From contig CAZVBV010000001.1 of NCBI GenBank assembly GCA_964625805.1, positions 1-38,100 of the forward strand: DNA of 38,100 nt, given 5' to 3'. The notes under the pieces are model-generated. The model ran no database searches, was not told the origin of the DNA, and was given only the letters and a program-made list of their open reading frames with translations. The stretch comes from an uncultured Candidatus Peribacteria bacterium (GTDB lineage Bacteria; Patescibacteriota; Gracilibacteria; UBA4473). A program made the position numbers and the translations under genes. Shown here in pieces: positions 1-8,640 of this stretch (its first letter is position 1; every line of letters starts with the position of its first letter).

Positions 1-308
1 GAAAGCGAGGGGAAGTCATCTGGGGTTAGCTCTCCTCTCAGAAATAAGAGAACTGGAGGTGAAGGAATGTGGGCGAGTTGGGGTGGGAAATCTTTTTCTC
101 CTTGAATAAGAATGCGCGCGCCACACGCCTCAAGTTTTTCCATTTCCTGTTCTGGGACAATGTCTCCTCGGCGTGAGAAAAAACATTCGATACCTTTCTT
201 ATCAATTCTGCATTCCTGAAAATCTTTCAGTGATGCGTGAAAAACCGCTTCCCAATCCCCTTTGAAAAAAGCGTTCAGCGCTTGGTATCGCAAAAATGTC
301 ACATTCAT
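1..308 (-). CDS. dprA: DNA-processing protein DprA/Smf, N-terminal part; gene runs off the left edge of the window
   Basis: Absent from the ORF track because there is no stop inside the window. Manual minus-strand translation from ATG 308..306 gives MNVTFLRYQALNAFFKGDWEAVFHASLKDFQECRIDKKGIECFFSRRGDIVPEQEMEKLEACGARILIQGEKDFPPQLAHIPSPPVLLFLRGELTPDDFPSL, open to position 1. ILIQGEKDFPPQLAHIPSPPVLLFLRG fits the conserved DprA N-terminal pattern (d.YP..L..i.d.P.vLf.rG). Confidence 0.55.
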   Translation of the reverse strand, partial: MNVTFLRYQALNAFFKGDWEAVFHASLKDFQECRIDKKGIECFFSRRGDIVPEQEMEKLEACGARILIQGEKDFPPQLAHIPSPPVLLFLRGELTPDDFPSL

Positions 309-421
309 GGCCCTGTGAACTGTGATGAGAAACTTCTTATTTTTTGCCGAAAGACATTGCCCCATTGCGGGTCATTCTCAGGATTTCCTCACTCTTCACA
401 ACGAGGCAACTTCACACAAAA

Positions 422-1123
422 TTAAGATTTCAGAACGCGGAGCGCGCGACTTGTTTTGCTCAGCATCTCTGGTCCTTCTTTGCGAATAATGAAGATGTCC
501 TCGATACGAATTCCAAATTTTTCTGGGTAATACAACCCTGGCTCACAGGTTACCACCATGCCTTCTTCAAGTGTTGCGGGCACTTTCGGGGGCGCTGTTT
601 TTTTGAAAACAGATGTAATCCTCGGTTCTTCGTGCACCTCTTGTCCTACTCCGTGCCCGAGTCCATGGACGAAGTATTTTTCATCTTCACCCAGTTGCTC
701 ACGGACAAATTGATCAAGCTCTATTACTTTTTTTCCAGGAAGAAATTGTGGTAATGCCGCTTCGTGAATCCGAAGGACTTTCTCATATTTTTCTTTAAAT
801 TCTGCAGAAGGTTTTCCAAGCGAAAACATACGGGTTACGTCCGAACACCAGCCTTTATATTTCGCTCCACAATCAAGCAGGATGATATCTCCGGCGGTTA
901 AAGAACGATCAGTTCGTGGTTCATGATGAGGCTCTGCTGCCCCCTCTGTGAAGGCACAGATAATAGGAAAGGCGAGTTCAAATTCTCCCTTATTGCAAAT
1001 AGCTTGTTCCAGCTTATCCGCTACCTCTTTTTCACTTACCCCTGTAACTAAAATCTGCGGAACAAGGGCTTCTAAAATCCCGTCCACATGGGCTTGTGCT
1101 TGCGCCATATATTGGATGCTCAT
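422..1123 (-). CDS. M24B-family (Xaa-Pro) metallopeptidase, catalytic pita-bread domain only
   Basis: Contains HGLGHGVGQEVHEEP, GIRIEDIFII, DIILLDCG and FPIICAF..AAEPHH motifs typical of PepP/PepQ-type M24B enzymes. The track start at 1147 is GTG. ATG 1123 (MSIQY...) forms an ATGA overlap with the stop of the upstream ORF and is preferred. No creatinase-like N-terminal domain is encoded. Confidence 0.8.
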   Translation of the reverse strand: MSIQYMAQAQAHVDGILEALVPQILVTGVSEKEVADKLEQAICNKGEFELAFPIICAFTEGAAEPHHEPRTDRSLTAGDIILLDCGAKYKGWCSDVTRMFSLGKPSAEFKEKYEKVLRIHEAALPQFLPGKKVIELDQFVREQLGEDEKYFVHGLGHGVGQEVHEEPRITSVFKKTAPPKVPATLEEGMVVTCEPGLYYPEKFGIRIEDIFIIRKEGPEMLSKTSRALRVLKS

Positions 1124-1383
1124 TTTTCTTGTTCGTTTTTTTGCCACTTAACTCCCCCTTCTACTCGGTTGCGAATGAAGATGATAAAAAGGACTACGAG
1201 AATAACAAGGTCCACGAGGAACTGAAAAACATCATCCCCTGTCATCGTTGCGGTAAAGAGGTTGTTCACTCTCCCTATAATGATAATGAGAACGAGTGTA
1301 ATAACCGTAGATGTCCACCCTTCCCATGTTGCAGGAACGAATCCATAGCCCGTTTGTTTTTGTTTGAACCAGTATTTTTTCAT
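1120..1383 (-). CDS. small membrane protein (two predicted TM helices), hypothetical
   Basis: 87-aa ORF with an ATG start, two hydrophobic stretches (TSTVITLVLIIIIG, FLVDLVILVVLFIIFI) and a stop/start ATGA overlap with the peptidase gene. The overlapping 77-aa ORF 1232..1465 looks non-coding. Confidence 0.55.
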   Translation of the reverse strand: MKKYWFKQKQTGYGFVPATWEGWTSTVITLVLIIIIGRVNNLFTATMTGDDVFQFLVDLVILVVLFIIFIRNRVEGGVKWQKNEQEK

Positions 1384-1647
1384 GTGGGAGAAGTGTAATT
1401 AAAAATCCCCCTCCTTTCAATTCCATAATTCTCTCCTTAAATATTAAAAATATATAAACAGTCATTCCAAATCCGAATCGCCGAATTTGCTATCCCTTTG
1501 GGGTTTGGGGAGAAACCGTGTTTGAGCGTCAACAGGACTCAGCAACTATTTAATAGCACACGAGCGAGTTTTTTCTCCCCAAAAGTTTTTGGTTCTTTTT
1601 AATTATAAAAAGAACAGTCCTGCCGATATCCACCATCGATAAAAGAA

Positions 1648-1678
1648 GGGATTCCTCCGCTTCGGTCGGAATGACAAG
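1648..1678 (-). repeat. TGTCAT-hairpin intergenic repeat (REP/MITE-like family), one copy
   Basis: The minus strand reads CTTGTCATTCCGACCGAAGCGGAGGAATCCC, with an ATTCC/GGAAT stem. Same family as the copies at 9586..9615 and 9636..9666. It lies 24 nt downstream of the secY stop. Confidence 0.7.
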
Positions 1679-1701
1679 GGGATTTTTGTCTTTCGTAATG
1701 C

Positions 1702-3000
1702 CTACAATTTGTCGTAATCATGCATCACGAGCTGTGCGTTGATTCGTCGAATCAAGTCGAGAATAACCCCCACCACAATAATCATTCCGGCTCCGGAGAT
1801 GAAGAGTGAGATCGCGTTTGATCCTCCTGAAATCCATCGTTCGAAGATAAGTGGAACAACGGCAACCGCTGTCAAAAAGGAAGCTCCCCAGAAGCAAAGT
1901 CTCTGTGTGGTTTCGTCCAAGAATTTCTCAGTCTCAGGTCCTGGTCGGTATCCTGGGATAAATCCTCCGCGTTTCTGAATGTTCTCCGCCACCTTCTTTG
2001 GTTCAAAAACAATAGAGACATAGAAGTATGTAAATCCGAAGATAAGTGCTCCGTAGAACACGTTGTACCAGAATGTTGGAGATCCTGGATTGAGGTATTT
2101 CAATGAAAAGTCTGCAATGCTTTGCAACACTGGTGACGCTGATTGTGAGAAAAATTGTGCCAAGATAGATGGCAAACTCACGAGTGACACCGCGAAAATG
2201 ATCGGAATCATTCCGGCTTGGTTGATTTTGAGTGGAAGAAAAGACTTCTGTTGTCCTCCCAGTCGCCGTGTCGCATACACGACAGGGACTCGTCTATCCG
2301 CTTCTGATACGTAGATAATGAAGATTGTCAGTCCAAGTGTCGCAATGATAAGTGAGAGAATCACTGGCATTTCTGCTGCCTGAAACGCTCCTCCAATTTG
2401 CGTTGGAACCGTTGCTACGATACCTGCAAAAATCAAAAGTGAGATTCCATTTCCAATTCCTTTCTCTGTAATAAGCTCTCCGAGCCACATCATAAAGACC
2501 GTTCCTGCTGTCGCTACTACCATCATTGGTAGGATTGTTGCCACATCAGTTACATCTACAATCGCACCTCCTGGTGAGAACTTGTTGAGCAAGGCCATCA
2601 TTCCGTAACTCTGCACAAAGGCGAGTGGAATGGTAAGGAGTCGTGTATATTGGTTGATTTTCTTTTGTCCTTGTTCTCCTTCTTTTTTGAGATTTTCAAG
2701 AGAAGGAACTACTACTCCTAACAATTGCATGATAATCGATGCATTAATGTAGGGGGTTAATCCCATAAGAACGATTGAGAATCGTTCCATCGCTCCTCCT
2801 GTCAGAAGAGAGAAGACCGCTAAGGCCGATCCTTGGTTCTGATTTTCGAGAAGGAATTTAATCTTTTCTACGTCTGCCCCCGGAATCGTAATGTGGGCTG
2901 CGAGACGAGCAACGACGAGAACAAGAATCGTGAAAATGATCTTATTCCGGAGCGATTTTGTCGCCCAAATCTGTTTTAATGTATTTAATAGTTTCTCCAT
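1702..3000 (-). CDS. secY: preprotein translocase subunit SecY
   Basis: Multi-TM protein with typical SecY blocks (FSIVLMGLTPYINASIIMQLL, GISLLIFAGIV, IPGYRPG). The track start at 3042 is TTG and overlaps the predicted promoter. ATG 3000 (MEKLLNTLKQIW) is preferred. Confidence 0.95.
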   Translation of the reverse strand: MEKLLNTLKQIWATKSLRNKIIFTILVLVVARLAAHITIPGADVEKIKFLLENQNQGSALAVFSLLTGGAMERFSIVLMGLTPYINASIIMQLLGVVVPSLENLKKEGEQGQKKINQYTRLLTIPLAFVQSYGMMALLNKFSPGGAIVDVTDVATILPMMVVATAGTVFMMWLGELITEKGIGNGISLLIFAGIVATVPTQIGGAFQAAEMPVILSLIIATLGLTIFIIYVSEADRRVPVVYATRRLGGQQKSFLPLKINQAGMIPIIFAVSLVSLPSILAQFFSQSASPVLQSIADFSLKYLNPGSPTFWYNVFYGALIFGFTYFYVSIVFEPKKVAENIQKRGGFIPGYRPGPETEKFLDETTQRLCFWGASFLTAVAVVPLIFERWISGGSNAISLFISGAGMIIVVGVILDLIRRINAQLVMHDYDKL

Positions 3001-3011
3001 GCGTTCAAAAA

Positions 3012-3049
3012 ATGCCCGATGACTGTACAAATTCAAGCACAATTGTCAA
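3012..3049 (-). promoter_or_regulatory. predicted sigma70-type promoter of secY plus conserved +1 element
   Basis: The minus strand reads TAAAAATTGACA-N13-TTTGTACAGT-C-ATCGGGCAT-TTTTT. The -35 TTGACA is at 3049..3044, the spacer is 16 nt, and the -10 TACAGT is at 3027..3022. The ATG lies about 15 nt after the expected start site. Confidence 0.5.
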
Positions 3050-3121
3050 TTTTTACAAAGGGTTTTTATTTCTCTTAATATACGTGTTTCTTACTTTTTT
3101 TTAAAAACCTCCAAAAACTAT

Positions 3122-3149
3122 TTGACAGCATTAGATTTCTTGCTACTAT
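3122..3149 (+). promoter_or_regulatory. predicted 16S rRNA promoter
   Basis: TTGACA (3122..3127), a 16-nt spacer, then TACTAT (3144..3149). An A/T-rich UP-like tract precedes it and a GC-rich discriminator CCGCCAGC follows it. Confidence 0.55.
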
Positions 3150-3185
3150 CCGCCAGCTTTCTAACCGAAAGCAGATCTAAAAGCT

Positions 3186-3207
3186 CTTTTTCATTTCGAA
3201 CGCATGT
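3186..3207 (+). other. 5' strand of the pre-16S processing helix
   Basis: TTTTTCATTTCGAACGCATGT pairs with 4888..4909 (GCATGCGTTCGAGATGAAAGGG) over about 22 bp including G-U pairs. The helix encloses the whole 16S, as RNase III stems do. Confidence 0.7.
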
Positions 3208-3315
3208 CGGGTTCTTTCAAGAACTCGATACAAAGAAAAAAACAATTATTCCTTTGAATTCCTTGTCTTCCGGACGAGGTTTCAAAAATTTATTACATTC
3301 TAGTAAATTAAACTC

Positions 3316-4796
<1,481 letters not shown>

Positions 4797-4887
4797 TCCA
4801 GAGGCGATCAGGTATTCTCACTTCGGTGAGAGAGAAGCACGGAGTTTATTTTTATAATTGATACTCCAGGTGTAACACCTATCGGTC

Positions 4888-4909
4888 GCATGCGTTCGAG
4901 ATGAAAGGG
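4888..4909 (+). other. 3' strand of the pre-16S processing helix
   Basis: Complementary to 3186..3207 (see that feature). Confidence 0.7.
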
Positions 4910-4958
4910 AGTTTTTCGTATAAAAAAAATGCTTGCATTTATTTTTATGAAAAACGGA

Positions 4959-5111
4959 CTGAACATCTACATAGTGATGTGAAAGAGTAATCTAAAAAGA
5001 GAGCCTTCGGGCTCTCTTTTTTGTGTTACGATTTGAACATCTCACGAAGTGATGAAAGAGAGTTTGTTTTTTGCATTACAATCTGAACATCTACGCAGTG
5101 ATGAAAGAGAG
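4959..5111 (+). repeat. three imperfect direct copies of a roughly 30-nt module (CTGAACATCTAC..AGTGATG..AAAGAG)
   Basis: Copies lie at 4959..4987, 5033..5062 and 5083..5111. Each contains a small CATC/GATG hairpin. Copy 1 is followed by the intact terminator. Copies 2 and 3 are followed by what looks like decayed terminator remnants (AGAGAG + T-run, or AGAGAGCAT). Confidence 0.6.
4996..5023 (+). terminator. rho-independent terminator closing the 16S transcription unit
   Basis: AGAGAGCC-TTCG-GGCTCTCT stem-loop (4998..5017) followed by a TTTTTT tract. Confidence 0.75.
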
Positions 5112-5125
5112 CATAAAAAGAACGA

Positions 5126-5154
5126 TTGACAGCTTGGTTGTTTTTTGTTAAATG
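5126..5154 (+). promoter_or_regulatory. predicted promoter upstream of ORF 5186
   Basis: TTGACA (5126..5131), a 16-17 nt spacer, then TGTTAAATG (extended -10-like). Confidence 0.4.
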
Positions 5155-5185
5155 TTATTCTGATTGCACTTCTAATTTTTAAAAC

Positions 5186-5509
5186 ATGCTCCAAAAATTT
5201 GAAGTCGGCTCCGCAACGAGAGTTCGAAACGCAACAAACGAGCCTGTTGACACTGTTTTTCCTTGCCCCAAAGAATGCCCTCATTTAAAAAAATGCACAG
5301 AAAATAACGTGCTTAGCAAGCTTGATGGTGTCGTTTTTAGTATCAAAAATATTGTTACGTGGAACCTCATGGAGAAAGGAATCCCTCTTTTTCAAGAAAA
5401 TAAAATTGCATGCGGAGAAAACGAAGACATTGTGTTGTACGATCCAAACCTAAAAATAGAAACGAAGAAGCCCCATCCTCCTGGTCAAGAAGCGAAGGAC
5501 AGCATGTAA
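5186..5509 (+). CDS. hypothetical small Cys-containing protein (107 aa)
   Basis: ATG-initiated ORF behind a consensus -35 promoter. It has a balanced composition and a CPKECPHLKKC motif. I recognise no homology, so coding status is uncertain. Confidence 0.35.
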   Translation: MLQKFEVGSATRVRNATNEPVDTVFPCPKECPHLKKCTENNVLSKLDGVVFSIKNIVTWNLMEKGIPLFQENKIACGENEDIVLYDPNLKIETKKPHPPGQEAKDSM

Positions 5510-5512
5510 GAA

Positions 5513-5640
5513 AGCTTTACTTCACCAGATGGATCTACACTTTCCTGTGTCTATTTTTCAAGAAAAATCGTTAACACAAAAAGCCCCTCTTAAGGAGCTT
5601 TACTTCACCAGCATGCCGTGCTTTCCTAAGTCGATTTTTC
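5513..5640 (+). repeat. two roughly 46-nt direct repeats (AGCTTTACTTCACCAG-N10-CTTTCCT..GTC.ATTTTTC)
   Basis: Copy 1 is at 5513..5559 and copy 2 at 5596..5640. They lie in a roughly 450-nt stretch with no convincing ORF. Confidence 0.5.
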
Positions 5641-5848
5641 CTCGAATTTTCGAGGTGGGTTCCTTCGCATTAATTCCACGGAATCAACAATTTAGGTCCC
5701 AGTTATCTATGATTAGGAGAAAAAGATTCAGAAAGAACACGTACACTCCAGTTCCCTCTCTTTCTATTCCGAACACATATTTTGGTCAAGGAAATCACCT
5801 TCCCCTGCTTGTTTAATTGTGTTTAATTCGTAGAATCTGCCTACCTTC

Positions 5849-5950
5849 TGTCATCCTGAATTTATTTCAGGATCAAGTCATAAGGATGCACTCCCTCTTA
5901 ATTAGATGCTGAAACAAGTTACTTCGTGATCTGCGATATCAGCATGACAA
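5849..5950. repeat. pair of TGTCAT-hairpin elements in opposite orientation (MITE-like unit)
   Basis: 5849..5883 reads TGTCAT-CCTGAA-N5-TTCAGG-ATC-AAGTCATAA. 5905..5950 reads GATGCTGA-N24-TCAGCATGACAA, the reverse orientation. The outer ends are TGTCAT and ATGACA. Confidence 0.6.
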
Positions 5951-5957
5951 CAAAAAA

Positions 5958-7052
5958 ATGAATCTTAAAATTGGAATTGTCGGCCTCCCGAACGTTGGAA
6001 AATCAACGCTGTTTAATGCGCTTACGAAAGCCAATAATGCAGCCGCCGAGAATTTTCCATTCTGTACTATCGATCCGAACATAGGAATCGTAGAAGTTCC
6101 CGATGAACGTATCGAAAAAATTACAAAGATTGTTGAACCTCTGAAAACAATCCGATCAGCGGTAGAATTCGTAGATATCGCCGGACTCGTAAAAGGCGCC
6201 TCAAAGGGTGAAGGACTCGGAAATCAGTTCCTCTCACACATCCGTGAATGTAATGCGATCTGCCACGTGCTGAGAGCCTTTCAGGATGATGATGTGCACC
6301 ACGTTGATGGCGTTGTTGATCCATCGAGTGATTGGGAGGTTATTCTGACGGAATTGGTTCTCGCCGATCTTCAAAGTGTCGACAAGCAACTCGACAGCGT
6401 CAGTAAAAAAGCACGAAGCGGAGATAAGGAAGCGAAAATCGATCTTTGTATTCTCGAACAAGTAAAAGTTGCTCTTGAAGATGAGATACTCGCCAGCTCG
6501 CTTGATTTTAATGAAGAAGAACTGATTGCCGTGAAACGGTTTTGCCTGCTCACCATGAAGCCATTCCTTATTGTGGCAAACGTAGCCGAGAGTCAATTTT
6601 CAGAATTTAATGAGACGAAGTTTCGATCCAAGATCAACGCTGACCCAGCCATTCCGATTATTCCCGTCTGTGCAAAAATTGAGGCCGAACTCATTGATCT
6701 TTCGGACGAAGAAGCACGAGAATTTTTATCAGAAATTGGAGCCAAGAAGTCAGGATTGGAAAATCTAGTCCAAACCAGTTTCGATCTTTTGGGATTACAG
6801 AGCTACTTCACCGCTGGTGTTCAAGAGGTACGAGCCTGGACGATCCGACAAGGATCAACCGCTCCACAAGCGGCCGGAGAGATTCATACCGACTTTGAAA
6901 AAGGATTTATCAAGGCGGACACCATCGCCTACAAAGACTTCATTGAACACAACGGAGAAGCGGGTGCCAAAGAAGCCGGCAAATTACGAATGGAAGGGCG
7001 TGATTACATTGTCCAAGACGGCGACGTGATGCACTTTAAGTTTAATGTGTAA
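5958..7052 (+). CDS. ychF: ribosome-binding ATPase YchF (Obg-family GTPase fold)
   Basis: G1 motif GIVGLPNVGKSTLFNALT, G3 motif DIAGLVKGAS, and the C-terminal TGS-like block RAWTIRQGSTAPQAAGEIHTDFEKGFI. Confidence 0.95.
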   Translation: MNLKIGIVGLPNVGKSTLFNALTKANNAAAENFPFCTIDPNIGIVEVPDERIEKITKIVEPLKTIRSAVEFVDIAGLVKGASKGEGLGNQFLSHIRECNAICHVLRAFQDDDVHHVDGVVDPSSDWEVILTELVLADLQSVDKQLDSVSKKARSGDKEAKIDLCILEQVKVALEDEILASSLDFNEEELIAVKRFCLLTMKPFLIVANVAESQFSEFNETKFRSKINADPAIPIIPVCAKIEAELIDLSDEEAREFLSEIGAKKSGLENLVQTSFDLLGLQSYFTAGVQEVRAWTIRQGSTAPQAAGEIHTDFEKGFIKADTIAYKDFIEHNGEAGAKEAGKLRMEGRDYIVQDGDVMHFKFNV

Positions 7053-7055
7053 CTA

Positions 7056-7084
7056 TTGACATTGTTGATGCAATGTGATATTTA
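7056..7084 (+). promoter_or_regulatory. possible promoter ending 6 nt before the ATG of the HAD-like gene
   Basis: TTGACA (7056..7061), a 17-nt spacer, then TGA-TATTTA (7076..7084), with the ATG at 7091. The -10 choice is ambiguous, and co-transcription with ychF is also possible. Confidence 0.35.
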
Positions 7085-7090
7085 TAAAAC

Positions 7091-8227
7091 ATGAAGTTTG
7101 AAAGTATTTGCGTTCAAACAGGACATGATGGCATTCAGAACGGTCAGGTCTCTTTGGTGTCTGATCTTTTGGACGAGCAATATAAGGAGCCGGAGAAAAA
7201 ACTAGCGGCAACTGATTTTGATCAAACCCTCACACGAGATGACATCGGTGCTTTGGCCTTTATGGAAAGCTTTCTGCAAAAGCGTTTTTGGGATTTTTCA
7301 ATAAAAGAGTTTGAGGAGCTTCTCGCTCCCACAAAACCTATTCCACCGAATCTTCTTTCTTACCGGGACCTTGTAACAAAGGCGGCAAATGGAAATATTA
7401 AAGCATCCTCGGAAGTGCAAAAGAATTCCACTCGTCTTCTTGAGCTCTTTTCCTCTCTTAAGGGGCTCTATGGGTCTCTTCAAAAAAATCCAGATAACAT
7501 GGTCCTGCAGGAAGTATTTGCCAAAGAGATGCTTGAATTTGATGAAATTGTCCTTCCGCTTGAAGTATTTTTTTCTGATTTTTTTGGGAATCAGATATTC
7601 TCTCGTACCCGATTTTTGGTTGGAAAATCAAACCTTGATACAAAGAAACTTTCTCAAAACATTCTCAAGAAAGGGAAGGTTCAATTGAACGATGCTGTTT
7701 TTAGTATTTTTGAAGAATTAAAAAAAAGAGGAGGAGAGCAGCGTATCGTAACGACAAATTTAAAAAGTATTGTTCGAGAAATAGTAAAAGAATCTGTTCT
7801 GGGCGAGGTCTTTTCTGAAGATGATGTTATTGCCACAATGTTGGCAAAAAATGGTGAACGCCGATTCGAATCCGGAAAAAGGTCTGTGGATTTCAGCCAA
7901 TACATTGAGGGAGAGCCGGTATATGGAAAAAGAAAAGTTGAACTCCTGAGACAGACTTCTGTCAATATTGACCGACGATTCAATTTGGCAGCTGGGGATT
8001 CTGTCGGAAATGATGGACCAATGATGGCCGAATCTCTTAAAAGAGATGGAATCGCCATTGTTGTTGTTCCTGCGAACACTGACATTGAAAAAGTGGCACA
8101 GTCCTTCGAAGTCAAAATTCAAAACGAACTCAACAAGGAGTCTTTAACTGAAGAAGAAAAACAAAGAATGTGGTATCTCCAATCAAATCAATTCACCGAT
8201 GCTCGTGAGTTGAAATGTAATCATTAG
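7091..8227 (+). CDS. HAD-superfamily (subfamily IB, SerB-like) hydrolase with a large cap insertion
   Basis: Motif I is ATDFDQTLT, motif II is IVTTN, a conserved Lys lies near GKRKVE, and motif IV is AAGDSVGNDGPMM. The substrate is unknown. Confidence 0.6.
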   Translation: MKFESICVQTGHDGIQNGQVSLVSDLLDEQYKEPEKKLAATDFDQTLTRDDIGALAFMESFLQKRFWDFSIKEFEELLAPTKPIPPNLLSYRDLVTKAANGNIKASSEVQKNSTRLLELFSSLKGLYGSLQKNPDNMVLQEVFAKEMLEFDEIVLPLEVFFSDFFGNQIFSRTRFLVGKSNLDTKKLSQNILKKGKVQLNDAVFSIFEELKKRGGEQRIVTTNLKSIVREIVKESVLGEVFSEDDVIATMLAKNGERRFESGKRSVDFSQYIEGEPVYGKRKVELLRQTSVNIDRRFNLAAGDSVGNDGPMMAESLKRDGIAIVVVPANTDIEKVAQSFEVKIQNELNKESLTEEEKQRMWYLQSNQFTDARELKCNH

Positions 8228-8640
8228 TATTCTCTCTTGTCTCTGGGATCCGCATAGGAGCTCCCTCCTGGGATCTCATATCCTTTGTCTTCATACGCAG
8301 AATATGGTCCCCCGTTTCCTATCCAGTTTGGAATTTCCAACCGCTTTCTTTGTTCTGGGGTCAGGGTTTTTGCAAGCTTCTCCCAGCTCAAGTCGTTTTC
8401 ATCCTCCAGGTACCAGCCCAAGATTTCATAGAAATCTTCTTCTGTACAAAGCCCTCCTGTTTCCCAACTGCAAACCTGATTTAAAAATTTCCTTTCACTT
8501 CTTTTTCCCATTTCAGGATGCTGGAGAGACTCTTTAAACAGGGCTTTTGTTTTTTGTTGAAGCTCTGAGGAAACCCCTTCAAGTGTTTCGTTATATTTTA
8601 GTGTTCCCACTTCCTCGATGTCGTGATTTGCTTGTTCCAT
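8224..8640 (-). CDS. hypothetical protein (138 aa), translationally coupled to xth
   Basis: The ATG shares a TAATG junction with the xth stop. I recognise no domain. Confidence 0.55.
   Translation of the reverse strand: MEQANHDIEEVGTLKYNETLEGVSSELQQKTKALFKESLQHPEMGKRSERKFLNQVCSWETGGLCTEEDFYEILGWYLEDENDLSWEKLAKTLTPEQRKRLEIPNWIGNGGPYSAYEDKGYEIPGGSSYADPRDKREY

Noticed and set aside
344-754. 136-aa ORF on the plus strand (also 237..425)
   Set aside because: It is antisense to the well-supported M24B peptidase and dprA genes, has an odd composition (Phe/Cys/His-rich) and no start context. It is a shadow ORF.
4959-5111. Possible mini-CRISPR array downstream of the 16S
   Set aside because: There are only three imperfect repeats with unequal spacing (74 and 50 nt). 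The repeats differ from one another and no cas genes are present. A tandem duplication of the rRNA trailer explains them better.
5735-5815. 5S rRNA-like motif (GTTCCC....ATTCCGAACAC)
   Set aside because: Only the loop-B/helix-III-like words are present. There is no complementary helix I, no GGTAGT-type loop E region, and an extra insertion sits between the words.
5529-5816. 95-aa ORF
   Set aside because: It has low-complexity Phe/Pro/Ser/Arg-rich sequence, spans the two 46-nt direct repeats and has no promoter or coupling signal. It is probably non-coding.
4797-5957. Expected spacer tRNAs (Ile/Ala) or a 23S start after the 16S
   Set aside because: I found no T-loop (GGTTCGAATCC-type) or cloverleaf-compatible sequence by eye. 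A strong terminator closes the unit at 4996..5023.
7681-8122. 144-aa and 120-aa minus-strand ORFs
   Set aside because: They are antisense to the HAD-like gene, which has recognisable HAD motifs. They are Ser/Phe-rich shadow ORFs.
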